NCBI GenBank assembly: GCA_051531975.1 | Contig: JAOPTT010000006.1 | Span: 494,977 to 558,976 of the forward strand | Length of the DNA stretch: 64,000 bases | Direction of reading: 5' to 3' | Source of the DNA: Spirochaetaceae bacterium | GTDB lineage: Bacteria > Spirochaetota > Spirochaetia > DSM-2461 | Shown: positions 8,206 to 18,214 of the stretch, piece by piece | How the letters are laid out: every line of letters begins with the position of its first letter | Numbering within the stretch: the stretch's first letter is position 1 | Notes under the pieces: model-generated | Seen by the model: only the letters and a program-made list of their open reading frames with translations | Database searches by the model: none | Told to the model about the DNA's origin: nothing | Made by a program: the position numbers and the translations under genes

Positions 8206-10166
8206 TAAGCTTTTAATAAAATTCTGAATTCACAGAATTTCCCTACTGAAGATTTAATATTTAGTTTACCACCTGCATTATCTACATAATTTTTTATCAC
8301 ATTCATACCTACCCCTTGCCCTGCGAGATTATCAATATCATCTACTGTTGAAAACCCAGGGTTAAATATTAACTTAACTGCATCAGAAGACTTTAATTTT
8401 CTTGCTATTTCTACTGTTATTATATCTTTTTTTATAGCAGATTTAACAATTTTATTAAGATTTAAGCCTCTTCCATCATCTCTATAGATAAATTCTAATA
8501 CATTTTCCTTCTTTTTTAAAGAAATAAATATCTTTCCAGTAGGTTCTTTACCTTTTGAAAATCTTTCTTCAACATCTTCTATACCATGAGCAACAGAATT
8601 TCTAACAAATTGGTTTATAGAATCTTTGAATAATCTCCTATATTTTTCTGGAATTAATTTATTATCATATTGTGTTACATCTAGCTCTAACTCTCTATTA
8701 TATTCAACACCTAGTCGAACTAAAGATTTTTTTAATGACTCTTCAAAAATATATTTTTTATTTTTTATCTCTCCGCCAGCTTGTCCTTTGAAAGCAATAA
8801 TTTTTTCAATTAAAACATTAATTCCATCTAAATCATGTTTTAAATCTGCTAAATTAACTGTTAGTTTTAAAAGTTCACGCCATGTTGGTTTAGTATTACG
8901 TAATTCTTTAATATAGTCTTCAAAATCTTTTAGTTTATTTGCAATAGTTTTTAACCCTAATAACATAGCGTTACCTTTAATACTATGAACAGATGCAAAA
9001 ATATGGTTTATCAATTTACTGGTTTCATTAGTTTCAACTTTAAGGAAATCGTTTATTATACTTATTTCATCATGAGAATCTTTTAAAAATTCTTCCATTA
9101 GCTCTGGGTTAACATGGATTATTTGGAATAAACTTTCCATATTTTTTAAACTTTCATTTTCCTCTCTTGTTAACCGTTCTTCTAATAATACTTGAGTTGT
9201 AACATCTTTAAAAAGACCTAATATCTGTATCTCTCCATTTTTTAATAATATTCTTTCAAAATTGAATTCTAACCAAACTTGTGATTTCTCTGCATTTTCA
9301 CCATCGAAGTTCATTAATACTTTTTCAATTGGGTTAATTGAAGTTAAAAGTGTTGGATTAACTGTTTTATTATAAAACAATTCTAGATAATCTTTAGTTG
9401 CAATATAATCCCTTTGTGGGAGTTTACCTTTAATCAATTCCATAAAAGAATGGGATACAGTTGTTGATCCAAAAAGATTATTAAAATATGTTGATCGTTC
9501 ATCTGCTAAATTTAGATTTTCATCCAATAAAAATATACCCTGTTTAACATTATTTAATATCATAGTAGTTTGTCGTCTTTTAGCTACGAGGTTATCTGAA
9601 GTTTGCTCTAATTTATTAAATGCTTGAATACGTATTAATTCAAACGCAACAGTAAAAAGAGTTACTCCAATATATGCTCCGATAGCCCTACCACCCATTG
9701 CGACATTAACAGGGAGAGCTTCTAAACCAGTAATTTTAAATATAAGGAAATATGCTAGAATTCCAAAAATGAGGGTTAAAATGGATCCATGGATAATTCC
9801 AAGAAAAAATATCGATACTAACGGGAATAACATGATCCAAAAATAACCAGCTTTTTCTGATCCACTAGTGAATATCAACAACGCAAACAGTGTAAAAGCA
9901 ATATAACTTACATAAGTAGTACCTATTATTAGTTTTTTTGTTATGCCTACTAAAATTATAGAAATAGTTATTGTTATGGCTGTGATCCCTGTGAAAATTG
10001 AAATCAGGTAGGATTCCTCTATTATATCAACGACTGTAAAAGTTATTAAAATGATAACACTTATTAACGAAATACTACTTAAAACGGCACTTCGAGATCT
10101 TTCTTTTAAACCAGAATTTTCGGTACAACCAATATATAAAAATGATAAAAATGGATTCTTTTTCAC
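8205..10166 (-). CDS. Membrane-bound CheA-like histidine kinase (multi-TM, PAS-like, HPt, CheA-type HATPase; no CheW domain)
   Basis: 5-6 N-terminal TM helices; ILNNVKQGIFLLD; HPt VHSIKG; N-box VRNSVAHGIE; DDGRG; IFNPGFST; GQGVGM; protein ends right after the HATPase. Confidence 0.88.
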   Translation of the reverse strand: MKKNPFLSFLYIGCTENSGLKERSRSAVLSSISLISVIILITFTVVDIIEESYLISIFTGITAITITISIILVGITKKLIIGTTYVSYIAFTLFALLIFTSGSEKAGYFWIMLFPLVSIFFLGIIHGSILTLIFGILAYFLIFKITGLEALPVNVAMGGRAIGAYIGVTLFTVAFELIRIQAFNKLEQTSDNLVAKRRQTTMILNNVKQGIFLLDENLNLADERSTYFNNLFGSTTVSHSFMELIKGKLPQRDYIATKDYLELFYNKTVNPTLLTSINPIEKVLMNFDGENAEKSQVWLEFNFERILLKNGEIQILGLFKDVTTQVLLEERLTREENESLKNMESLFQIIHVNPELMEEFLKDSHDEISIINDFLKVETNETSKLINHIFASVHSIKGNAMLLGLKTIANKLKDFEDYIKELRNTKPTWRELLKLTVNLADLKHDLDGINVLIEKIIAFKGQAGGEIKNKKYIFEESLKKSLVRLGVEYNRELELDVTQYDNKLIPEKYRRLFKDSINQFVRNSVAHGIEDVEERFSKGKEPTGKIFISLKKKENVLEFIYRDDGRGLNLNKIVKSAIKKDIITVEIARKLKSSDAVKLIFNPGFSTVDDIDNLAGQGVGMNVIKNYVDNAGGKLNIKSSVGKFCEFRILLKA

Positions 10167-10184
10167 TTATGTTACATCCTTTAA

Positions 10185-10655
10185 TTACTTTATGATATTT
10201 TCTAAACCTACTGATACATAAAAAATCCCCTCAGAGAGTTCAAAAGGAATTGTTATTATTGGAATATTACTTGAGGGCCATGCTATTTTATGTGATGTCC
10301 CTTGCACAATTGATGGAAGAGAAATAACTAGTCTAAATTGTTCTAAACCTTTCTTAGCATTTCCTGCAATAATATTAACAACTTCTCCTGTAGAATCAAT
10401 TACATCATCATCAATATCTAGTATATCATAACCAACTAACTTCTGGGTTAACATAATAATTAGTTCTTTTGGAAAACTTAATGTTATGACACCTTTAGTC
10501 TCTCCTGCAATTCCAATAACTGCCGAAAGATCCCATCCTAAATCCTCTTCTTTACTAAATAGAAATGGATTTTTCATTATTGGTGTTTCATTATAAAATT
10601 CTTTAAAAATATTAATTGTAGCCTCAATAAAAGGTTCAATGTATTTTGTATCCAT
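10185..10655 (-). CDS. cheX: Chemotaxis phosphatase CheX
   Basis: YIEPFIEAT, SAVIGIAG...G, GEVVNIIAGNAK (ExxN), ISLPSIV. Confidence 0.92.
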   Translation of the reverse strand: MDTKYIEPFIEATINIFKEFYNETPIMKNPFLFSKEEDLGWDLSAVIGIAGETKGVITLSFPKELIIMLTQKLVGYDILDIDDDVIDSTGEVVNIIAGNAKKGLEQFRLVISLPSIVQGTSHKIAWPSSNIPIITIPFELSEGIFYVSVGLENIIK

Positions 10656-10663
10656 GAGCTGTC

Positions 10664-11041
10664 CTACCTTATAGTATCTAATACCTGTGTTATTTTATTT
10701 ACTAAATTACCTTCGCCTAATGGCTTTATTAAATAGTCGTTAACTCCTGCTTTAACAGCTTCTATTACATTATATTTTGCTGCTTCAGAAGTGATCATGA
10801 TTATAGGAAGTTTAGAATATTTTGCCATTGCTCTAAGTTCTTTTACAAGATCAAGACCATTTAAGTGTGGCATATTCCAATCAACAAGTAAGATGTCTAT
10901 TATTTCTCTTTCTAATATATTAAAAGCGTCTATTCCATTAGATGCTTCTACAAATTCAAAAGAATAAGATTTGCTTTGTAATAGTGTATTTTTTACAATA
11001 CTACGCATTATCCGGGAATCATCAACAACTAATACTCTCAT
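10664..11041 (-). CDS. cheY: CheY-like single-domain response regulator
   Basis: VLVVDDS, DWNMP..NG, PIIMITSE, YLIKP. Confidence 0.9.
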   Translation of the reverse strand: MRVLVVDDSRIMRSIVKNTLLQSKSYSFEFVEASNGIDAFNILEREIIDILLVDWNMPHLNGLDLVKELRAMAKYSKLPIIMITSEAAKYNVIEAVKAGVNDYLIKPLGEGNLVNKITQVLDTIR

Positions 11042-11100
11042 AATTATATTTTCCTATTAATATGATTTTTTAAAATACTAGCATATAAAATTAATAACGG

Positions 11101-14100
11101 TCAAATAGTTCTTTCTATTTCATCTAATAACTTTTCAAGTCTAGTATCTGAAACTTTGACTGGAAGTTTTATATTCCCAGCAAATATAGATACACGATAT
11201 TCCTCTAACATGGTTTTATATTGAATAAGCAGATCTAATTTATCTATTGAAGCTGCAGGTGATAGATTGGACATAATATAGTCATATTCATCGTGAAACC
11301 ATTTAATGTCCTTTTGCCTCTCTAAATCTTTAATTAAATTCAGAGATCCTTTATTAATTCTATCGTTTAATCCTTTTAGATATCTTAATAAACTAGTAAA
11401 AGAAATACTTGAAACTATAAAATCTTTAGGCATTAATCTTTCTAATTCGAAGTTTACATCTTCTAAAAACAGTTTTCCTCTTTTTATTAGATTTTTTGAT
11501 ACCCTAGAAAGGCTTTCTCTTACAAGTTTATATTCTGTAAATACTTCAGAGATATCATCATTTAAGTCATTTGCTTTATTTAATAGTAAAGGAGATAATT
11601 CTTCAATAAAATTATTAAATTCAACTTTATTACGTATTTCAATATTAATGTTATTTTTTATTAATCTATAAAAGAACTGAAAATAATAAATTTTCTCTCC
11701 ATCAAAATAGTTAGTTAAAAACCTATTTTCTGCTGTTAATTGAACTTCTGATTTAATTGCTTTTATTTGCTTATTTAAACTATTTAATACTAATAATGCG
11801 GTGCCATCTTTATGTATTCTTTTAGCTTCTTTTTCTCGATCGAATAACAATAATGACGTTGTCTCTTCTACAATTTTTAACCCAGGATAATATTGTATAC
11901 CTTTAATGATAATACTTTTCTCAATTGGTTCGTTAAAATCCCATTTTGTAATATTCGTTCTTTCATAATTTTCTTTAGCTTTTTTTATCTTTTTAATATT
12001 ATGAAGTCTATTAGAATAATCATCATATAATATTTCACCATCTCTACTAGATTTAATTTCCTTACCTCTTGTATCTAATATTGCGATTCGAACTCTTAAG
12101 TGTTCAGGTAATTTTGTATCATCCCATGTATTAACAGGAATATTAAATCTCCAGTTCTGATAAATATAATTACTTAATTGAGTATGAAGGCTTGAAGAAG
12201 TTATCTCCATGTTTTTGATTATATCCTCTGCAGTACTATTAATAGGAATGAGTTTTTTTCTATATTCTTTTGGTAATCCTTTTATTAAAGCAGTAATTCT
12301 CTCTTTTAAAAGGCCTGGTACAGCCATCTCTAGTCGTTCTTTAGGAACATCCATAGCTACAGTAGCTGGAACTTTTATAGTAACTCCATCTAACTCTTTA
12401 CCAGGATCAAAATGATAATCAATTTTAAAGGTAGATTCACCTATGGTATAGGTATCAGGAAATTCATTTAATCCTCCAGGAATTTCTGAATAAAGATCTT
12501 CCTCTTTCATTCTAAGGAATTTATCTCCACCTTGTTTTCTAATTAGAGATGTTAACTCGTTTAAAGAAGAGACATTTTGAATTCTAGAGTCATAAAAATT
12601 ATCTATAGAACTTTGATCTACTAGTATGTTTCTTTGTCTTAATTTATCTTCCATTTTTGATATTTTTTCGATTAAAGTTAGGTTAAAATCTAAAAAACCA
12701 TACTCTTTTCTCTGTTTTGGTGTTAGTTCACCTTCAACAAGGCATGATTTGATAAATATTTTTGTAGATTCTTGTTTATTATATTGTCCATAGGATACGT
12801 CTCGATTATAAACAATAGGTAATCCAAAAAGAGATACCCTTTCTAATGCCCTAACCTCACCTAACTCAACACTATAATAGGGTGCTGAGTAACTTTTTTT
12901 ACATAGATTTTCACCTAACCTCTCAAGCCACTCTACATCAATATTACCTACAGTTCTTAAAAACAGTCTACTAGTTTTAACTTGTTCATATGAGCAAACC
13001 CACTCTCCTGATGAGTTGAAAATACCAGACCCTGGATAAATCATACCCTCTCGATCTTTAGTTAACCTGTAAAAATTTTTCTCTTTTTTTAATGCTATGG
13101 TACTTAAATACCCTGCTAATATTGACCTATGGATTCTTCCATAATTATTATTTAGTTCTTTATTTGTCCAGTCTTCTTTAGGTAATGTTGTCTGTTTTAT
13201 ATTGTTTTCTTTGTTTTGTACTAAAAGCTGTCTATAAATATCACTCCACTCTCTCATTCTTTTATACGATATAAAATTTGTTTTACACCATTTTTTAATT
13301 TTTCCATTAGTACTGCTTTTTTGTTTCTTCTGTAACTGGTATTCATTCCAAATATTTAAAAGAGTTAAAAAGTCTGATTCAGGATGTTTAAATTTTGCCT
13401 GTCTCTCATCTGCTAGCCCTGATTGTTCTTTTGGTCTATTTCTTGGGTCATGCACGGATACTACTGCAGCTAATGCTGTTATTTCTTCAACACAACCCTC
13501 TATTTTTGCTTCTAATATCATTCTAGAGTCTCTTGGATCAATTGGATATTTCGACATTATTAAACCATATTGAGTCAAATGCCACAGATCTTTTACTTTT
13601 TTTATTGCTCCTAGCTCAATTAAAAGATCATATCCATCTTTAATTCCTGAGTTTGAAGGAGAATCTATAAATGGAAAGTTTTTTACATCATTTAATTTTA
13701 ATGCAATCATTCTCATGATAACTTCGGCTAAATTGGTTCGTTGAATTTCTGGCGGAGTAAACAGTGATCTTTTATTAAAATCAGCTTCTGAATATAAACG
13801 AATACAGATACCATTTTCTATTCTACCACAACGTCCTTTTCTCTGGTCAGCACTACTACGAGATATTGGGGATACAGGTAAACCCATTGTTCTTGTTTGT
13901 GGAGAGTACTGAGAAATTCTTGCAACACCAGAGTCAACAACATATTTAATACCTGGAATAGTCAAAGATGTTTCTGCTATATTTGTAGATACTATAACCT
14001 TACGACTATTTGTTTGTTTAAATACAGCTCTTTGTTCACTTTGAGTTAATCTAGCATACAGTGGTAGCAGTTCTACTTTACCATTATATCTTTTAGTTAA

Positions 14101-15006
14101 CTGATCGATACAGTCTCTAATATCCTGCTCAGTTGGTAAAAATGTTAAAATATCTCCACTATTTGTACTATCTAATAAATCAGAGGTTGCATTAGCAGTT
14201 CTTTCACCAAAACTTAATTCTAAATCCTCTTTCTCTTCTTCTTTGTAAATAACTTCAACAGGATATGTTCTTCCAGTTACTTCAATAACAGGAGCATCAT
14301 TAAATGCCTTTGAAAATTTCTCCGTATCAATTGTTGCGGAAGTTATAATAATTTTAAGATCTTTTCTTTTTTTTATTAAGTCTCGTAAGATACCAATAAT
14401 AAAATCGATATTAAGACTTCTTTCATGTGCTTCATCTATAATGATACAGTCATAGTTATTTAAAAATCTATCACCCTGAGTTTCTGCTAATAACATTCCG
14501 TCTGTTAAAACTTTTATATATCCGTCTTTAGAAAATTCTTCTCCAAATCTAATTTTATATCCAACATCTTTTCCAAGTGGAGTTTTTAACTCCTCAGCAA
14601 GTCTAGTTGCAACAGATATGGCAGCTATTCTTCTAGGTTGTGTACAAGCGATAATACCACTCTCTCCACAACCTGCCTCAAGGCAAAATTTTGGTATCTG
14701 AGTTGTTTTTCCTGATCCAGTCTGACCAGAAATAATTACAACCTGGTTTGTTCTAATTGTTTTTACAATTTCATCTCTTCTTTTTGTTACTGGTAGATCA
14801 TTATTGTAATACAATTTAGGTTTTTTATTTACTCTGGATATTCTTAAATCTATTGACTTTTGAATTCTTTTATCTAGTTCTAAAAGTTTTAATTCATTAG
14901 GATTTTTTTCAAGTTTTTTAAGATCTCTGAATAGATAATACCAATCCCTTTTATATACTTTATTAAGTTTATTATAAACTTTGTTATTGTTATTCATAAA
15001 ATACAT
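11101..15006 (-). CDS. hrpA: ATP-dependent RNA helicase HrpA
   Basis: GQTGSGKTTQ, TQPRRIAA, DEAH, SAT, TNIAETSLT, QRKGRCGR, C-terminal EEYRVS.FA; 1301 aa. Confidence 0.95.
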   Translation of the reverse strand: MYFMNNNNKVYNKLNKVYKRDWYYLFRDLKKLEKNPNELKLLELDKRIQKSIDLRISRVNKKPKLYYNNDLPVTKRRDEIVKTIRTNQVVIISGQTGSGKTTQIPKFCLEAGCGESGIIACTQPRRIAAISVATRLAEELKTPLGKDVGYKIRFGEEFSKDGYIKVLTDGMLLAETQGDRFLNNYDCIIIDEAHERSLNIDFIIGILRDLIKKRKDLKIIITSATIDTEKFSKAFNDAPVIEVTGRTYPVEVIYKEEEKEDLELSFGERTANATSDLLDSTNSGDILTFLPTEQDIRDCIDQLTKRYNGKVELLPLYARLTQSEQRAVFKQTNSRKVIVSTNIAETSLTIPGIKYVVDSGVARISQYSPQTRTMGLPVSPISRSSADQRKGRCGRIENGICIRLYSEADFNKRSLFTPPEIQRTNLAEVIMRMIALKLNDVKNFPFIDSPSNSGIKDGYDLLIELGAIKKVKDLWHLTQYGLIMSKYPIDPRDSRMILEAKIEGCVEEITALAAVVSVHDPRNRPKEQSGLADERQAKFKHPESDFLTLLNIWNEYQLQKKQKSSTNGKIKKWCKTNFISYKRMREWSDIYRQLLVQNKENNIKQTTLPKEDWTNKELNNNYGRIHRSILAGYLSTIALKKEKNFYRLTKDREGMIYPGSGIFNSSGEWVCSYEQVKTSRLFLRTVGNIDVEWLERLGENLCKKSYSAPYYSVELGEVRALERVSLFGLPIVYNRDVSYGQYNKQESTKIFIKSCLVEGELTPKQRKEYGFLDFNLTLIEKISKMEDKLRQRNILVDQSSIDNFYDSRIQNVSSLNELTSLIRKQGGDKFLRMKEEDLYSEIPGGLNEFPDTYTIGESTFKIDYHFDPGKELDGVTIKVPATVAMDVPKERLEMAVPGLLKERITALIKGLPKEYRKKLIPINSTAEDIIKNMEITSSSLHTQLSNYIYQNWRFNIPVNTWDDTKLPEHLRVRIAILDTRGKEIKSSRDGEILYDDYSNRLHNIKKIKKAKENYERTNITKWDFNEPIEKSIIIKGIQYYPGLKIVEETTSLLLFDREKEAKRIHKDGTALLVLNSLNKQIKAIKSEVQLTAENRFLTNYFDGEKIYYFQFFYRLIKNNINIEIRNKVEFNNFIEELSPLLLNKANDLNDDISEVFTEYKLVRESLSRVSKNLIKRGKLFLEDVNFELERLMPKDFIVSSISFTSLLRYLKGLNDRINKGSLNLIKDLERQKDIKWFHDEYDYIMSNLSPAASIDKLDLLIQYKTMLEEYRVSIFAGNIKLPVKVSDTRLEKLLDEIERTI

Positions 15007-15069
15007 TATGACAAAGTTAAAAGGAATTGACTAGTAATTATATTTTATATTTTTGTTCATTAATATGTT

Positions 15070-16230
15070 CTAGATTTTTTTATATCTTTTTAAAAGAATT
15101 AAAACAGGTATACCAATTAAAGCACATAATCCAAAAATCTGATATGTGAAATCAATTGAGTACATATCTGATATCTTTCCAGCTATAATTAACATAATTG
15201 ATGTTATACCAAAGTTTAGAGTTATAAAAATACCATTTGCCGTTGTTGGAAACTTAAAACCTCTGCTTTGTATTAGTGTGTATATTGCAGGCATAGATGC
15301 AAATGAGAAGAAACCTATTAAAATTAACATTGGGTATAGTGGTAAACTTGGTATTGTTACAAAAAGAACAATAAACAATGTTGCTCCAGATAATACAATA
15401 TACAATATTTTTTTTGGACCAATTTTATCAATAATGAAACCAACTACGACTACTCCTAAAACAGTAGAAGCCTGAACTATTGAAAGTGCGGCATTAGAAG
15501 TTAATAAAGACTCTCCTTTACTTTGTAAATAAAGTGGTAAAAAACTTTTCATTATTGTAGAAATTAATGATTTCTGAATTGATATACCAATAATAATTAA
15601 AAAAACACCTCTTCCTTCTTTTATTGTTTCAATTATAGATCCCTTCTTTTTTTCTTTTGCAGTCAATGATACATCGATTTTATTAAATGCAAAATAAAAG
15701 CCAAGGGATACTAACATTGAGATAGGTATTAAATAGTACATATTTTTAATACCAATAGTAGCAATTATTAATACGATTATCATTGGTCCTAAGGTTCTAG
15801 CAGCTTCTCCACCAATTTGAAACGATGTCATTGCAGCGCCAATACGATTTGGTGCTGATCTTTTTAGTAAAGTTGGAGCAGGTACATGAAAACCTGCAGC
15901 ACTTAATCCTGAGATAAAAACTAGTAATAATATCATATAATAATTAGGAGCTATTCCTAATAAGGTAATTGCAATTGAAGTGATTAATGGACAAAATATA
16001 ACAAACCATTTTGGATTATGTTTTTCTGCAAATCCTGCAATATTTGCGCTTAATAAAGATGGTATCCTTACAGCAATTAATATCCACCCTGTTTGAAGAT
16101 AATCCAGTTCAAAGGTTTGTTTTAAGACTGGCATAAGTGGTGTAACAAAAGCTGTAAAAATATCATGCCAAAAATGCCCAAAAGAGACTAAACCAATAAT
16201 GGATATAGCCCTTAATTTATCTCGATTCAT
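15070..16230 (-). CDS. MFS transporter (Fsr-like)
   Basis: About 12 TM; HF.HD, A.FH.PA, GG..A..LGP motifs. Confidence 0.88.
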   Translation of the reverse strand: MNRDKLRAISIIGLVSFGHFWHDIFTAFVTPLMPVLKQTFELDYLQTGWILIAVRIPSLLSANIAGFAEKHNPKWFVIFCPLITSIAITLLGIAPNYYMILLLVFISGLSAAGFHVPAPTLLKRSAPNRIGAAMTSFQIGGEAARTLGPMIIVLIIATIGIKNMYYLIPISMLVSLGFYFAFNKIDVSLTAKEKKKGSIIETIKEGRGVFLIIIGISIQKSLISTIMKSFLPLYLQSKGESLLTSNAALSIVQASTVLGVVVVGFIIDKIGPKKILYIVLSGATLFIVLFVTIPSLPLYPMLILIGFFSFASMPAIYTLIQSRGFKFPTTANGIFITLNFGITSIMLIIAGKISDMYSIDFTYQIFGLCALIGIPVLILLKRYKKI

Positions 16231-16970
16231 AAATGTCCAGTTAAAACCTTGTTACCTGTTTCTGTTATTAAAACCATATGTTCACACCGTGATGAAAGTT
16301 TTCCATCCCGGGTTTTTGTTACCCAGTTTCGATCTGTGATAGCTCGTCGACCTTGATTAATCATCGGCTCAATACAAAATATCATTCCAGGCTTTAAAAC
16401 TTCACCAACTCCAGGTGTACCATGATTAGTAACTGAAGGAGATTCATGCATATCTAAACCTATGAAGTGACCACTGTATTCGCGAACAACAGTATAGCCA
16501 TTTGATTCAGCATGACTTTGTATTGCATAACCTACATCACCTAATGTATTTCCTGGAATTGCTGCTTTAATGCCATTAAACAGACATTCCTCGGTAGTAT
16601 CAATTAACTTTTGTGCATCTTTAGATATTTTACCTACCCCAATAGTTCTAGAACAATCTGAATAATAACCATTTCTTTCTATAACTAAATCAATATCAAC
16701 AATATCTCCCTCTAACAGTTCCCTATCGTTAGGGATACCATGGGTTACATATTCATTAACAGATATACAACTTACACATGGGAAGCCATAATAACCTTTA
16801 CATGGGCCACTTACACCCATTTTATTCATCTCTTCTTCTATTAATCTATCTAATTCCAATGTTGTAATACCTGGTTTAACCCAAGACAGACTTTTGTTAA
16901 TTAAATCTGTAATAAGTTCTGCCATTATTGAAATTTCTTTTATCTCTTTAGTTGTTTTAATCATCGCCAT
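16227..16970 (-). CDS. map: Type I methionine aminopeptidase
   Basis: CISVNE.VTHGIP, GDIV.ID, D.SRT, GH.IG..MHE.P, IEPM, EH metal ligands. Confidence 0.95.
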   Translation of the reverse strand: MAMIKTTKEIKEISIMAELITDLINKSLSWVKPGITTLELDRLIEEEMNKMGVSGPCKGYYGFPCVSCISVNEYVTHGIPNDRELLEGDIVDIDLVIERNGYYSDCSRTIGVGKISKDAQKLIDTTEECLFNGIKAAIPGNTLGDVGYAIQSHAESNGYTVVREYSGHFIGLDMHESPSVTNHGTPGVGEVLKPGMIFCIEPMINQGRRAITDRNWVTKTRDGKLSSRCEHMVLITETGNKVLTGHL

Positions 16971-17009
16971 AATATAAAACTACAACAAAGTTATATCTTA
17001 GTCTATAAC

Positions 17010-17240
17010 CTAGGAATCAAGACTTAGTGTTTGTGCTTTTGCCATTAATCTAATTATTAAATTATCAAAGCTTCTAGTTAATCTCATCTGCTTATATATT
17101 GATCGAAGTTCCTTGTTTGCAATACTCTGTGTTATACCACCAATTTTGTATAACTTAATAACTCTTTGTTGTTGTAAATGCAGTGTTGCATACCATTTTA
17201 TTACAAAATATTCAGTACTTTTTAATATGTCTCTAATCAT
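17010..17240 (-). CDS. Small basic hypothetical protein (76 aa) downstream of the WYL regulator
   Basis: RBS AAGGAG 6 nt before an ATG at 17240 (MIRDILK...), in frame with the listed ORF 17010..17270. Confidence 0.6.
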   Translation of the reverse strand: MIRDILKSTEYFVIKWYATLHLQQQRVIKLYKIGGITQSIANKELRSIYKQMRLTRSFDNLIIRLMAKAQTLSLDS

Positions 17241-17292
17241 TAGTGACTCCTTCTGCAAACAATTTAACAAAGCGATGCGAAGGGTTGGTTCG

Positions 17293-18153
17293 TTATAAAT
17301 ATTCTTTTAAATCTTTTTTTATTTCATCTTCTAATGTTTTAGGTTCTACCACAATTATTTTTGGTAACCAATATTTAATTAAACCTTTAATCTCATCTAT
17401 AGAGTTAACTTTTAATTTTACAGTTAAAGAATTGTCAGAATTTGTAATTACACTGTCTCTGTCTGAAATTATATTTCGATCTAAAAAATATTCAGCAAAA
17501 TCAGATTTTATTTTTAAGACAATATTAACTTTATCCTCTCTAAACCATGGACTTGGATTATCTTCTATATCCTTTAAAAGTTTATCATCGATAATAAAGT
17601 GATTAATATCTCGTCTAACCTTTTTCATTTTATGAACACAATAACTTTTTACAACACCATCACTTTTTGCAAGTAAATACCATATCCCACTGTTATTTAG
17701 TAGTTTATATGGCTCAGAGACTAATTGTTTATTATTATAACTAAATTTGATTAATAATGAGTTAATGATTACATAATTAATCTCTTTAAAATCAGATGCT
17801 TTTGGAATACAACTTTTATTAACACTTGATTTAACTAATATTGTATCTCTAATTCTATTTCGTAATACATCATCAAGATCTGGATAAAGATCGATTATAC
17901 CAGATAGTTGACTAAAATCTTTAATATCTTTAGGTGTAATATTACCTAGATAACCAGGTACAAGTCTATAAATACCATTTCCAAGAGGTTCTATAATTTT
18001 AGGATCTAACCTCTCATTTAGATCTTTTTGAATAGTTCTTTCTGATACAGAAAACTCAATTGCTAGATCTTTTACATTTATTGATAATCCTGTATTTAGT
18101 TTCTGTAGAATCTCTGCTAAACGGTTTGCTAATAAAACTGCTTTTTCACTCAT
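17293..18153 (-). CDS. WYL-domain transcriptional regulator (wHTH-WYL-WCX)
   Basis: RL..IL..L...LA.EF.VS.RTIQ.D wHTH; EPYKL....GIWYL; C-terminal W.P.I.V.EP..L. Confidence 0.93.
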   Translation of the reverse strand: MSEKAVLLANRLAEILQKLNTGLSINVKDLAIEFSVSERTIQKDLNERLDPKIIEPLGNGIYRLVPGYLGNITPKDIKDFSQLSGIIDLYPDLDDVLRNRIRDTILVKSSVNKSCIPKASDFKEINYVIINSLLIKFSYNNKQLVSEPYKLLNNSGIWYLLAKSDGVVKSYCVHKMKKVRRDINHFIIDDKLLKDIEDNPSPWFREDKVNIVLKIKSDFAEYFLDRNIISDRDSVITNSDNSLTVKLKVNSIDEIKGLIKYWLPKIIVVEPKTLEDEIKKDLKEYL

Positions 18154-18214
18154 TTTTTAATATTATCACTGTTTTTCTATTTATCAAACAAACTGATTCA
18201 ATTATTATGCTTAG

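Noticed and set aside
5718..11100. Genomic island integrated at tRNA-Phe
   Set aside because: No integrase, no duplicated tRNA 3' end noticed, and no evident compositional shift
17278..17292. Gram-positive LexA (Cheo) box
   Set aside because: Spacing is one base longer than CGAAC-N4-GTTCG and one half-site deviates; position fits a WYL site better
17293..18153. WYL gene as marker of an anti-phage defence island
   Set aside because: No recognisable defence genes (RM, BREX, CBASS, TA) nearby; neighbours are map, MFS and MATE
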